DNA of 64,000 nucleotides from Marsupella aquatica (lineage: Eukaryota; Plantae; Marchantiophyta): positions 929,968 to 993,967 of the forward strand of contig OZ316894.1 of assembly GCA_973895155.1 (NCBI GenBank), read 5' to 3'. Position 1 is the stretch's first letter. Every line of letters begins with the position of its first letter. The notes beneath the pieces were generated by a model. The model saw only the letters and a program-made list of their open reading frames with translations, did not search any database and was not told where the DNA came from. Shown one piece after another: positions 14,287-27,209 of this stretch. The position numbers and the translations under genes were made by a program.

Positions 14287-15226
14287 CAAGTGCGGCGTGC
14301 AGCTTTGCGCATTTCGGGTTTTGGGCGGGGAAAGGGCAGAGAGGCGCCAACTTCGCCTTTCTTCGCATTTCCCCACAGCACTGCTCCTCTGCCTCCCTGC
14401 CTCCACCTCCCCCATCCCCCCGTGTGGCCCCGTGTGGCCCCGTGGGTCCCATGGCCCCCGTCCCCTGCCCGCCGGTCTTCCCCGTCCGGTCCCGTCCCTC
14501 CCTTCCCGTCCGGGGGGAGAAGATCCCTGTTACCAGGACCTGAAATATATTCCCTGTGCGAACGCGGGGAATAATATCTCTGAGTGGCTCGGAGAAGCTG
14601 GAACGCGGGGAGCCAGCCGAGCCGAGCCGAGCCGAGCCAGTGGGGACCGGCCCTTCTATTGTTTATTTATAAAATCTGAGGAGGTACAGTGGCGGGAAAT
14701 TGAAGCCTCGATGGACAGACCACGTTTCCCCAAAATGCTAGGATCTACTTTTTCCGCTCGGATGGACTGGAGCAGTCTATGGAGTTAGTCATATAGTACA
14801 TTTTAAACAGATGAGTGAACCCTGGCAAGAAAATGAGGAATTGGTGTTTGAGAATTTGTAGATCTCTCAAAAATCAAAAGAATTTTGATTATTTTTAGGT
14901 TCACTGGAAATATCTCTCTAAACAGTTAGTTAAAATTAGAAGAAAAATAAAATCAGATTCAATAGGATATTGAGGGAGATATTGAATGTTTAACTGCTCA
15001 AAAGCTTTGGGAAGTGCAGTGAGTGATGGAATTAGTTTTAGAAATTAATAGCTCTTTCAATTCTTCATAGATACCAGAGATATTAGACTGGTTGGAAAGA
15101 TCTTTTGTAAGAAGCTACTAAGGAGCCCCCAAGACGCTTATTCCATTAGGTACCAAGGGAGATATTCATGATCAAACTTGTTGTTGGTTTTTTTTATACT
15201 ACAATGGTATTAATGAGTTGGCATTA

Positions 15227-15290
15227 AGCTAACGCATTAAACACTCCACCTTGGAAGTACGGTCGCAAGGTTGACACTCAAAGGAATTGA
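15227..15290 (+). pseudogene. Short SSU rRNA fragment of bacterial/organellar type (NUMT-like)
   Basis: AGCTAACGCATTAAACACTCCACCTTGGAAGTACGGTCGCAAGGTTGACACTCAAAGGAATTGA matches the conserved 16S-type segment ending AAACTCAAAGGAATTGA, with several substitutions. The flanks are not rRNA. Confidence 0.8.
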
Positions 15291-18200
15291 AGTGAAGGTG
15301 TAAAAGATATAATTGTACATGAGGGTTTCATGGTTCACCGTCTCGGTCCCTGGAAAAACATTCTTAGTGGTGGGTCCTTGTATGTCATTAGAGATTTAGA
15401 TTTAGAGTTATTATTTGAAGTTTGAAATTTCATTGTTTTGGTGGCAAATGGGAAATTGAAGTGCCTGTGGACCTTCATGTTGCCAAAAAGCTTGCAACTG
15501 GGATGAATTGCAGGAAAACAGTTTTTCCTGCTTGTATGATACATATCACACCAACTAGTGGTATGTGAAAAGAAGAAACTAGACAGCCATGTTTTAAAAT
15601 TAGTAGGTCTTTCAATTCTCGTTGAAATTTAAAGATATAATGCCTTTTGGAAAAAAACTTCCAAACCACTTCTAAAATTTCTATTGTGGTGGGAAACGGG
15701 GCACCAGGAAAAGGAAGCCCAGATGGACCTCCAAGTATGTCAAATTGCCTTAACAACCCCCATGGACTTTTGCCAAACATCACATTAATTTTAACGCAGA
15801 TTATATATTTTGTATTTCTTTCTCAGATATGACCTGGAAATAGACTGAGACCGGTTGCACCAAGTGCTGTCTGTTCCAGCTGGCGGTCTGTTCCTTGAGG
15901 CCAGCTTCTAAAGTAGTCGTGAGGACAGGTCTTGAGTTAACTGGAAACCCCTACCACTATAATAATGCTTCTCATGATTGCAAACCAGCTTGGCACTGCA
16001 TTTGCTGCTTATCCGTGAGTTCTTTAGCTCCAGCTATGAAACCTCAATGTCAGTTTGTGTGGGCTGTTGTGCAATTGTTTATTCATTCATCCGTTGAACT
16101 GACATTGATGTGCGATGACAAGATATTTGGTACATAGTTTGGAATTTTTTCACAGATACATGTGCAGGTACATGTGATCCATTAGATCTTCCTAGATTTA
16201 AGGTGAACTATTATATCTGGCTATTTACCTCCACACCAGGTAAGTTTTTTCCTTTGCATTAGTCACAGGCGTAGATATCGAAAAAAAAGTTGGGTCAAAG
16301 TTGCAAAAAAAACATTTGAAAGGCTGGTGGCCACGTATAGAAGGTTTTCTGGGCACTATGCTTAATCTAAGAGCCAAAAACATTATCTCAACAGCATAGG
16401 GGCCAACAGGGTTGCAACGGAAGAAAAATTACTGGCGATTCAACAGCCACAAAAGAATAAATAAATACCTATCCGAGTTTTGTTGTTGGGAGTTGGCCAA
16501 CGGGGTATGGTGGCAGCAGAATGGGAACCGCACACTCCTTTTCTATATATTTGTAAATAACTTTTAAGTACATTGTCTCTAAAGATATTTTAATTTATAA
16601 TATTGTCATTGTTTTTTTTATTCACAAAACTACCATTGTTTCCTTATATAGTTCCCTAGTTACCTTTGTGAACTTGTCATCCATATACAAAACCATGATA
16701 TTTTTATAAATACAAAAAATAATGAAAGTATTGTCAATTAAAACATCTTTAGTGGCAAAGTACTTAAAAGCTGATATTGTAAATTTGGAAAGGAGGTAAA
16801 GTGGTGATTAGGTAGGTAGATTTGTTCATTATGAACCAGAAGACCTTTCTAAACTACATACAGAGGACCACTAGATTTGGAAAATAACTTTTGAACAGGT
16901 AAGTATTTGGCTATTGAGGGGAACAACCCACAATTTTCTCTTTGGATCTGTAGGTCACTCTTCTCCTGAGTAAGGATTTGGCCAAATTTACCAAAACTAA
17001 AAACTACGCCTGAACCACGCTGGACTTGTACTCCCAGTTTCTCAGAGGGTCCAGTGCATCTTTGATGGGTGTGCGAATACCCATTAAACTAAAAATCATG
17101 AGAGGGGATGGCAATAGTGCACAGGTAACAAAATTAAGGAGTATGTAGCCAAGTGGACTTCAACATTTGTGCCCATGATTGGATCCCATCCCATGAGGCT
17201 CTAGTTGGCCTTGGATTAACGTATGGGATCCAAATAATAAGTCAACTGTAATAACTCCAAATGATACACACTGATACATTTGGTGTGGGTGACATTCCAC
17301 TAACTCCAATATGATTTTGATGGTTGCCTTTTTAATTAGTAAGCTTGTGCACAAAATTGGATGACGAAACCCCAATGAACTGAGCATGCAAATCATGGGC
17401 AAATGTCAAGGAGAGTGGGGAAGGATGGATGCCAGTCAAGGTACCTACTTAGTTAGTTTCTTTGTCAACCAGAAGTTATTGTCTTTAGGTACTAACCCTC
17501 GTACAATTTGGGGGCCCAATCATATTTTTTTAAGTTGAGGACATGGAATCCTAATATCAATTAGTTTGTGGGTAAGGTAATAAACCAAACACTATTAGTT
17601 TGTTCTCATTTTGGTTTTGAGGCTTTGTTCTTGGTGGAAGCTTCATGTCAAATTGAAAGTATAGTAGATTCCTTTAGAAAGGCATCAAGATTCTCTTGAT
17701 AAACTCTTGATATACTTTCTAGCTCTTGATTTAAATTGGAGATACACACTTTGCAAACTCATACAAATACTTGTGTGTCACACAGAAATAGCTGCAGATA
17801 TAGAATGTTCATCTTGGAACAAGTTTCATTTTTTTTGTTTTTGAACATGTTTCATTTTTTGTTTTTAGTGAAATACAGGTAATCTAATTTTTTTGTGACA
17901 AATATTAACAGGACATTCACTAGGAAGATTTACAGTCTATGATATTGAAAAATTGTGCACATAAGATATAAGAGTAAAAGTACACATGCAAAGAACATTA
18001 ATAATGAAAAGTAAAAGTTTAAGTCTATGGTATTGGGATGTGCACATATTGTACACCAATATTAGAGATAAGTATGTATTTACTTATACTCAAATTAATT
18101 AAAATCATAAATTTAGGAAACAAAACCATGAGTAGAACTTAAAGACACAAGGAGTGTACTTTATTTAAATCATTTCTTCTTCACTCATGAGAATAAGGGC

Positions 18201-19582
18201 TAGAAATTCCCTGAGTTTGTTAAAGGGTGGATGATCTTAAATATAGCAAAGATTAAAAAATTTAGAGGGGTGCCAAGATAAATTCAAAATCTAAAATATA
18301 CAAGGGATGCACCTTGGTAAGACACATTGAATTAAAAATACATTAAAAAAGTTTGAATAAGACAAAATACTGGAAAGTGGAATCACGGTACAGTTTCATA
18401 ATTCACAGAAATACAGTAGCTGCAGTTCAGATATGACTTCCCCGTCTCAAGTATATCTGAAAATATGAAATCACATACTAGAATCTCCTCTGATTAATTA
18501 TCTTGTCTCTTTGATTAAAAAAAACCATATGGAACCACATGCAATCCATAATAGGTATAATTGTACATTTTTGAATAAAATTTTATTGAGTACAGGAAGC
18601 AAAAATCATGTGTTATGAACAACAAAAATAAAGAATATTCTTTTCAGTTTACACCTATCATGAGGAAAATGAATAATTTGTATTTTCAAGAATATCTTTA
18701 TAGAAAATATGGATATTTAATTAATTAGGATTTCTAAGAGATACACTAAAGTTACTTACTAGACTAAGTTTTTTTTGTTTTTATAAATATAGATAGATGT
18801 TTGATATGCAATAATTATGGGTAGAAAATTTGTATAAAATTTTGGGTATGATTGATTTAGATTCTTAATTTTCAAATCAGAGTGTTGATAGAAGGAGCAA
18901 AAGTAGTGGCAGCATGTTGTGAGTGGAGAAGGAGCAGGTATGAGCTTCAATTAAACAAGAGACAAATGCAGACTGAGCTGACTTGACAATTTTGGGTTTG
19001 ATATTGGTGTGTTATTGGTGGAAAATCTTTTGCCTCCACACTCATTCAAAAATTATTTAGTGATATGATGACTGAATCATGACACTTCAGGGTGAGGGAT
19101 AATGCCATATGTAGCCCCCACATTTCACTCCATCCCCTAAGCTACCAGCACTGTCATGTTGGCCCTCCTAACCTCTCCCCCTCCTAGTCCCTCTCCCGAA
19201 TGGTCATCCTCCTTTGCTTGCCTATTGCTTTTGAACTTCAATTTCACTGGATGCAACGGGCCAGTATTGCCTAGTATTGGTTGTAGTACATGTGCACTAG
19301 TAGCCTCCTTAACATTGTTTTATTTCTGAAGACCCAAGCCATTTATGGACTCAAAGCCATTGTTGAGCGAATCCTCAACATCGGATGATATCTCAATCAC
19401 CTCCTTCTTGGCATTAGAGTCCTTATTTGTATGACCAACACCACTTTTGAGACAAGTAACACCACCTTGTCTAGTTTATGGACTACTTTTTTTCATGTTT
19501 TGTGTTGTTAGTTTTTGAATGAGGATACTTGCAAGATGGCTAAGTACATTACGTGACTTGATTGATTGTGTGTTTGTTACTC

Positions 19583-19858
19583 GGGGGTCTCACTATATGG
19601 GACCTCCCCATCACCTGCGACATTTTAGGCCTCGGATCCCCTAAAATGTAAGAAAACAATTTATTTTTTAGCCCATATAAAGTTGGCATATTCTAAAATT
19701 TGGATTAAAAAGACCCTGATGTTCTTACAAGTCTCAAAATTGAATTTAAAAGACCCTATTGTTCTTTTGCAAAAATTCTTAACTCTTCTCTGAAAACTAA
19801 TAAAATGACCTCATTTTTTGTCGCACGTGATATGCCATTTTTGTGGAAATGAAACCCC
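19583..19858. mobile_element. MITE-like element, copy 1
   Basis: Imperfect TIRs GGGGTCTCACT / AATGAAACCCC, about 275 bp, non-coding. Internally similar to 31430-31729. Confidence 0.65.
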
Positions 19859-21024
19859 AAGATTTGTTATACATTTTCTTTGGGTTTCTTTGTTGCCTCT
19901 GAATATTGTTACATAGTGTGACCTTTAACATTCTTTGGTTAGATTTGTGCTCAAAATCATGAGTCACTATGGCGTTGAAATTTATGCAAGATGTGTGCGA
20001 CACATCCACACGAGTTGAATATAATTTGCGTTAAAGAAGCATGGGCAAGAGGCGTGGGCAATAGATATGAGCCTCGATCTTATCTTTTGTCTTGAATCTC
20101 ATTTGCACACCAAATGATATTAACATTTGCTTTAAAGACAAGGTGACAAAGGCACATTCATGGTATTTTGTATAGGTCAATCATTTTGATGGTGTGGGTA
20201 TAATATTTTGGGGCCTTCATCACCAATTTATCCAATTGCTTTGTGCTCGCATATGCTGTAGGATTTGAAGCTTCTCACTCTAAATTGGCTAGTCATAGAC
20301 CATCCAAAAGCTTCTAGCAACTCATTTTTCTTGGATATTAGTCATCCACTTCAAGTGAAGTTGGTATACATACTAACAAGTAAGTAGTTGAACACGCTAA
20401 ATGGAGTATCATTGCCTAGCAGACCTCCCACTATCCGAGAGTATTAGGGATTGTGCATACTTTAATCCTTCAATTGTACGTACTAGGTGTTTGTCTTGAG
20501 CACGTACTTTGCACACATGGGCTTTCATTGAAGGGTATGAGCCATAACCTACATAGACAGGCATCAATTATCCGTGATAAAAACAATCATGTTGCTATTG
20601 TTGATGTGAACCTGAGGTAAACAATGTTGCTATAATTATTTACATCAAAGGATATGGTTTTCATTGAAGGATATAGACCATAGTCCATGCCAACTAGGCA
20701 CCAGCAGTCCCTCATTGAAATCTGTGTATATTATTAATCTGACTTAAATGTTTGTACTACTATCATCCCACAGGTCTCATGTATATGATGTTGCTATATG
20801 ACAAACTGACCAAACCTACTCCATAATTATCATCACCAACAAAAATCATATGATATTCCTCAAACTACATGTTTGGGAAATGTTTTACATGACATAGGAT
20901 ATCAGTGCCTAGTAGACTATGTTCACAAGATATTCAAATTTTGGTGGCTGTTTGAGCATCTTCATGGTCTCAAGGGTTACACCCCATGCGACACCCCATA
21001 ACCCGCTCCATGTCATGGGTTACT

Positions 21025-22040
21025 ACATCCTTGGCATGAAGGGGAAATTGAACTAGGACCAACTCATCCCATGGCCAACTATGTTGGTAGCCCTTGGCCA
21101 GCCGTCACACCTTTGGCATGGCATGGGGATTGAACTTGGGACCTGTCAATGCCAACCTCATCCCCCAGCCACCTGTGTTGCTAGCTCCTGGCTACCTTTT
21201 GCACCCTTGGCGTGGAGGGAGGGGGCACGGCGGGCAGCGACGTGTGCAGGGGGGGGGGGGTGAACTTGGGATCTTGTCAATTCCATGCTCATCCCCTTGA
21301 CCAATAGTGTTACTAGCTCCTGCCCTAGCCCGTGGCCACCTTCCACACTTGGGCTGGGGGGGATAAAATCTTGGACCTTGTCAATTCCAGGAAAATATGT
21401 TGGCCAACTGTGTTAATAGCCCTTGACTATTAGCCATTTACTTTTAGGTCTAGACTTATGACTCTAATTATAATTAGGTCTAAGCTTAGTTGTGGACTTG
21501 GTTTAGGTTAGTCATGCTGCACACTATATCCCCAAGTAGTGTTTCCTTGAATAGTAGGAAGTCGATTAGACTCATTGTTACAGAGCAAATTGAGAGATGA
21601 GAACTTGTATTGTAGGGACTTAGTTTGGCCGATGGGCCTAGAGTGCAATAAAGTTTAACACATGTTCCTGTGGATGTAGCCTCAGCTAAGGTGAACTGCT
21701 TATCTCTTGGTGTCTGTACTTGTTTGTTGAATGATTATGGGCTTGCCGTCACGAATGTTGTCTTTGCCTACACTTGCCAACCGTGTTACTAGCCCCTTGC
21801 CAACCTTGTTACTAGCCCGCAACCAACTCTGTTGATAGCCCCTGGCCACCTTCCACACTCTTGGCATGGAGGGGAAGGGGGATTGAACCCGGAACCTTGT
21901 TAATTCCAGGATCAGCTCAGCCTGGTGAACCGTGCTACTAGCCCCTGGCCACCTTTCACACCCTTGGCATGGGGGGGGGGGAGTGAACATGGGACCTATC
22001 AATTCCAGGCTCATCCCCTGGCCGACTTTGTTATAGGGTT
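21025..22040 (-). repeat. Tandem array of degenerate tRNA-like (SINE head) units of about 95-120 bp, interrupted by a solo LTR
   Basis: Minus-strand unit is approximately GGCCAGGGGCTAGCAACACAGTTGGCCAGGGGATGAGCCTGGAATTGACAAGGTCCCGGGTTCAATCCCC...TCCATGCCAAGGGTGTGGAAGG. There are about 4 copies at 21025-21427 and about 2-3 at 21775-22040. The B-box-like GGTTCAATCC is clearest near 21880-21890. Confidence 0.7.
21428..21772 (+). mobile_element. Degenerate copia-type solo LTR
   Basis: Collinear with the LTR at 47239-47581: TATTAGCCATTTACTTTTAGGTCTAG...GCACACTATAT...GTGGATGTAGCCTC...GGTGAAC...CCTACA. Confidence 0.75.
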
Positions 22041-22426
22041 GCTCCAATTGTAAACAACCTCCATTTTGGAAACTACTCTGGTTAAGAGGGGGTAAAAATA
22101 GGTCCAAAGTCCAAAAATAAAAATGATACACCTTATCTAAAACAAATCTTACTATAAAAGTGAGAACGAAGTCTACTCTTATGGGCCTAGGGTCTAGAGT
22201 GAAGCCTCTAGACCGTAACCCAAGTAAGACAAAAGTGATCATAAATCTCAATTAAAAAAACCTTAAAATGAGGATGAACAAAAATGATATTAACTCCAAA
22301 TAAAGACAGCACTGAAATGGGGGTGGACAGAAAACAAGGACGGGACAAAGATTAAAGGAAATAGCATAGAAATATTATTGTACAAAGATTGATTTTTTTC
22401 ATATCTGTTTAAGTTCAAGGAACCAC

Positions 22427-22763
22427 TAATCTAGTTGAAATGAACATACATAACATTAATAAGACAAAATAACCAGAGTAGTTCCGGACACAAGGTAACA
22501 CCAGAATTACTAACCCACCTGGTTCGCTACCGGAGTTAGGTAATCTAGTTGAAATGAAAATACATAGCATCAATAAGACAAAATAACCAGAGTAGTTTCG
22601 GGACACAAGGTAACACCAGAATTTCTAACCCACCTGGTTCGCTAAGGGAGTTAGGTAATCTAGTTGAAATGAAAATACATAACATCAATAAGACAAAATA
22701 ACCAACCAGAGTAGTTTCCGGACACAAGGTAACACCAGAATTACTAACCCACTACCGGAGTTA
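22427..22763. repeat. Three near-identical tandem copies of about 114-115 bp upstream of the U2B''/U1A gene
   Basis: TAATCTAGTTGAAATGAA... starts at 22427, 22541 and 22656. Confidence 0.95.
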
Positions 22764-23385
22764 TTGTCCTATAGTGTTGTGCAGGAGCTTCACCTCACCT
22801 CAGCTCACATTGCGTTGCAAGCTCGCTCTCACTCAGTCTTTGGGTTGCCTCGTTCCATTTGTCTATTCGTTTGCCACGACAATAGTAGGGTGAAGCCAAG
22901 CTCCGCGCAGCAACCTGAGCTCATCATCCGTTGATGAACGCTCTGGCCCGTTCAAATCGTTCGCAACCAGGTCCTAACATCTTCTCCAGACCCCGCAAAG
23001 ACATCTAGCTCAATCTACTCACACTCAGTCTCGGTTTCGCTCGCTACTACATTAGGTTTAAGCTTTTTGTCGAAACTCGGCGCAGAAATCTTAGGTACTT
23101 GGCAACACCATTGTCACGAGAGCATTCTGTGATCTTTGAATTTGACGTACTAAATTTTTGCAATGATGGCTCCTGCAGGTCACTTGAATGTCTCTGCGGC
23201 ATTCGGGACTCCCGGTTGTCATGGTCTAAGAAACAACTGACAAAAGTTAGAATCCGCCTGGTTTCTTTGCCTGTCCCGTGCGATTTCTCCCTGCGAACAC
23301 GGCCCTGCGGACGGACGGACGGACGGACGGACGAACAACACTTTTGTAAGGGGGAGCCCCCACTTCGCTCGGGAATTTGGGAAAG

Positions 23386-25642
23386 ATGCAGGCCGATACG
23401 CCCCCGAATCAGACGATCTACATCAACAACCTCAATGAGAAGATCAAGAAAGAAGGTCAGTTTTAAACTTGGCTCATCTGGAAATTTTCCCGGTGCCACT
23501 TGTGAGAGAGACAATGGTGTTGCGGCCTCGTTTTCCTAACTGCGTGTGGACCTTTTTCGAATGTTTATCATTTCACGCCGTTGAAGGTTTTCAGTCATTC
23601 AATGTTCATGTTGGTTTTAGGAGCCGCAACGACGTCCCGGTCTCGTAGTTCTCCCATTGATAAGCACTGTCTAACCGGGAAGGTGGACAGTATTCCCTTT
23701 ACAGCTTAGAAAGTCTATTGGTGGTACTGTCATTCTCGTCGTATTATGCTTTGCGTAAACTAAAACTCTGTTTTTGAGAGGTGATTGTTGTATTGTTATC
23801 ATGTAGTGCCGTTTCTCAAACACAGTTTTGGAGAAGAGATTGTTGTAATGTTATCATGTAATGACGTTTGTTTATTGTAGTTCAGAATGCAATGTTTCAT
23901 GTCAATTGGGCAAATAGCCACTGAGCAATAAGAAACGACTGGTGCATTCTTAGGCTTTGGAAAACTAGAAAATGCTATGGCCGACTATCCAAATAATGTA
24001 CTAGTCCTACGGATAAGTTAGATATGCTGTTAGGGTTTAGGGTTTACGACAATGTGCATGGTCTTACCTGCGTACTACTAGGTCCGAAACGTAACTTTTG
24101 TTGGCACACGCTATCACCTTTATCCGTTTTGATTTCTGTTTTTTCTCGCTAGGATGTTTACAAAAGGCTGTTGCTCGTTTAGATTTGAAAGAATCTGGTA
24201 GTACTATCTATTCTTGACATCTGCACTGACTTGAGCTGGAAACTCTGTGGTCTATGGAATGGTTACCCGCAGAAATCAAGAAGTCCCTGTACGCTGTGTT
24301 TTCACAGTTTGGGAAGATTCTTGATATTGTTGCTTGTAAGACCCTAAAGCTTCGAGGCCAGGCCTGGGTTGTATTCGATGATGTCACAGCTGCGACCAAT
24401 GCCCTTCGCCAGATGCAAGGGTTTCCATTTTATGATAAGGCGATGGTATGTTGTTTCTAAATAGTGTTGTGATTGTCAGTGCTGTCACCACAGTCCGTGT
24501 CGATTCTCTTCTTGTCCGTATATGTTAAAATTGTATTTTTCTGACGATCTTTTCTAGAGGAGAACATTTTGTACGTCACTTTTGAATATCAACGGTTTTT
24601 GATGATGATTCGGTTGAGAACGCAAGGGCAGGCGATGGTTTCTCATTGTCCAGGTGCTATTATAAACCACTTCTGGGTATGCATTTTTGCAGAGAATACA
24701 ATATGCTAAATCCAAGTCCGATGCCGTAGCGAAGGCGGATGGATCATTTGTCTCCAGGGAGAAGAGGAAGAAACAGGACGAGAAAGGTACAAGGAATTAC
24801 GGAAATGCGCTATACTTAATTATTCCTGCAGACATACTGGCATTTTCTAGTTTTGTCTGCCAGTATGTCTGCAGCCTTAGATGAATTTTGTTAAATGGTT
24901 TTTTTGGTATGAGTGTGAGCTCTCAATAGCTGAAATATTTTTGAAAATAGTCATATACTGCATGGCAGTGTTTCGCCAGCAAAAAGGAAAGTAAATTAAT
25001 CGATATTGGTCACAGACAATAAGTAGAAGCCCCACGACTGACGAAATTCTTATTCTTACAGCGGAAAGGAAACGACGAGAGCAACAAGCAGAGCCCACTG
25101 TCGCGGGACCTCCGCCGTCTGCATTCCCCCCACCTTACGGAGCGCCCCCTCCTGTGAGTATACATACACCTGCATTTCCTGAGTTGCTGACCCACTGTTG
25201 GTTCTTTGAAACTAGTTGTTTTAAGTTGTAGTCCACTTGATGACTCACTGCGCAGAGCATAGAAAAGCACGGTAAGGATAGTTGGGTTGCTGTTGGACAC
25301 CATTTACTGATTCAACTTGTACCGTGTGGTCATGTGGGTTGGTGTTCGAAGGCTGCACCAGCTCCTCAATTTCCACCTAGGCCAGTGGCCCAAGAGCCCC
25401 CGGCTCCTCCAAACAATATTCTCTTCGCACAGAATTTACCCCGTGAGGCTAATAACCTGATGATAGAGATGCTGTTCCAACAATTCCCAGGCTTCAAAGA
25501 AGTACGGATGATTGAAGCTAAGCCTGGCATCGCCTTCATCGAGTTTGGGGATGAGAATCAAGCATCTGTGGCACTTCAAGCACTGCACAATTTCAAAATC
25601 ACGCCTACCAACCCTATGCAGATATCTTATGCCAAGAAGTAG
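23386..25642 (+). CDS. Spliceosomal U2B''/U1A-family two-RRM protein; exons 23386-23455, 24273-24445, 24693-24786, 25062-25153, 25352-25642
   Basis: [23 protein letters not shown]|[35 protein letters not shown]...[10 protein letters not shown]|[10 protein letters not shown]... and RRM2 [12 protein letters not shown]...[11 protein letters not shown]...MQISYAKK. All four introns are GT-AG and phase-consistent. LRGQAW is more U2B''-like. Confidence 0.95.
24030..24047. promoter_or_regulatory. Telo-box-like interstitial (TTTAGGG) motif in intron 1 of the U2B''/U1A gene
   Basis: TTAGGGTTTAGGGTTTA is present, with a similar motif near 26023-26039. Function is inferred only. Confidence 0.3.
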
Positions 25643-27209
25643 TAAAGTTTTGCTCCTTAAGTCACTTCGAGATTTCAGTCTTTGTCTGTTATCACCAGTC
25701 AATTTATCCGGATGCTATGCCTTTGAGAATGGAATGCACACCCCAGAAATTCCAGTTTCTAGTCTGTGGCAAGTGTGACGCCATATAGGGGTTTCCTGTC
25801 AGGAATGCACACCCCAGGAATTTCATACACCAGTCCTTTCAACATTGCGAGACTGTGCTGGGGTTTCCGCTTTACTGTAGCTCATTTTCAATCAGTAGAT
25901 AAGAAAGAAAATTTTGGTCAAACGTTCTCGGGTTGCAATTTGTTACCCGGATCGCAGGTGTTTGAGCTGTTCACAGGGACCTGTCCTGCCAGCAGATCTA
26001 GATCAGGTTGCTGCCTCAACTGTTTAGGGTTTAGGGTTTGAAGCTGCAGATGTTAGCTTCGGTATTCGTTTGGACCAGTATGACCAATGCTTCAAAAGTC
26101 ATGTATGGTTCGGATTGAATTTGAATGAGCAACATGCACTTGATCCGTCTTCAGGTTGTGGCTGTGTTTATTTGCCTTCTGGCATGCTTTTAAGATGCTT
26201 TGGGCCCTTGTTATATTCTCAGGTCACTGAACTCATTGCAATTATGTCTGCCAGTCTGCTCACTAGTTTGAGAGATCGTTGTTTTGAGCGTCACTTGCAT
26301 CCATTTCACGAAATGCAAGCGTCCTATGGCTGTATTTAGTCCGAAGTTGAGTACCTTGATGATTGGTGTGTACTAACTAGTTGGTGTACGGTGTCCAGAG
26401 TACACGTGTGTGCTATGCCTAAAGTCCAGCTAACATTTCTGTATATGCAAGAACATGGTTTACAAATTTTCTACCAATAAATCTGGTAATGTATTTGCAG
26501 TCTACATATCAAACGAATTGACAGTGAAAATGCAGGGATGACCTGTACTAATGTTATTGAAAAGCTAGCTATTTTCCAGGCATCTAAGGCAATTCTTGTC
26601 AAGCACTAGTATTGAGTCACGAAATTCTGCTAGGTTCAAGAAGAGCTCATCGAAATTGCTGTACTTCCCAACTTAGGAAGAAGCACACAATGACAAGAAG
26701 GCATTGAAAGGAGACTCGTATGCTCGTGACACTGATTGAAGTCCAGGAAGTTTGAACGTGCACTAAGCTGGGTACTTCAATCTTAGCATTTGAGACCGGA
26801 CCATAAGACGGTACATCTGAATCCGATGAAGTTTGAACTTGCTGTAAGCTGCTTGGATGTAAAGTACCTACAGCTTAGCATTGCAGACCTGCAATTCCCA
26901 CGCAGGATAAGACGCCTTTGAGATACTGGACAACTTAGATTTCTCGAGCAACCTCTTCGCCTGGCACCGGCTCGCCAGCTGTATTTGGTGCTGTGATTTG
27001 AGCTCCAAGGGTATTTGATTTGTGCGGTTGTCTTCTGCCAGCTCCTCTTTTACTCCACTGCTTAGCTCATCTGCTCACCCTGCAGCAATTTACTTTGCTT
27101 TGCGCAAAATGAGCCTCATCTCATAGCAACGAGGAGCTCAATTACAGCTGATCGCGTATCACGTGATCAAGAAGTTAGCTTGACTAACCACTTGAGTGAG
27201 GCTTTTTGG

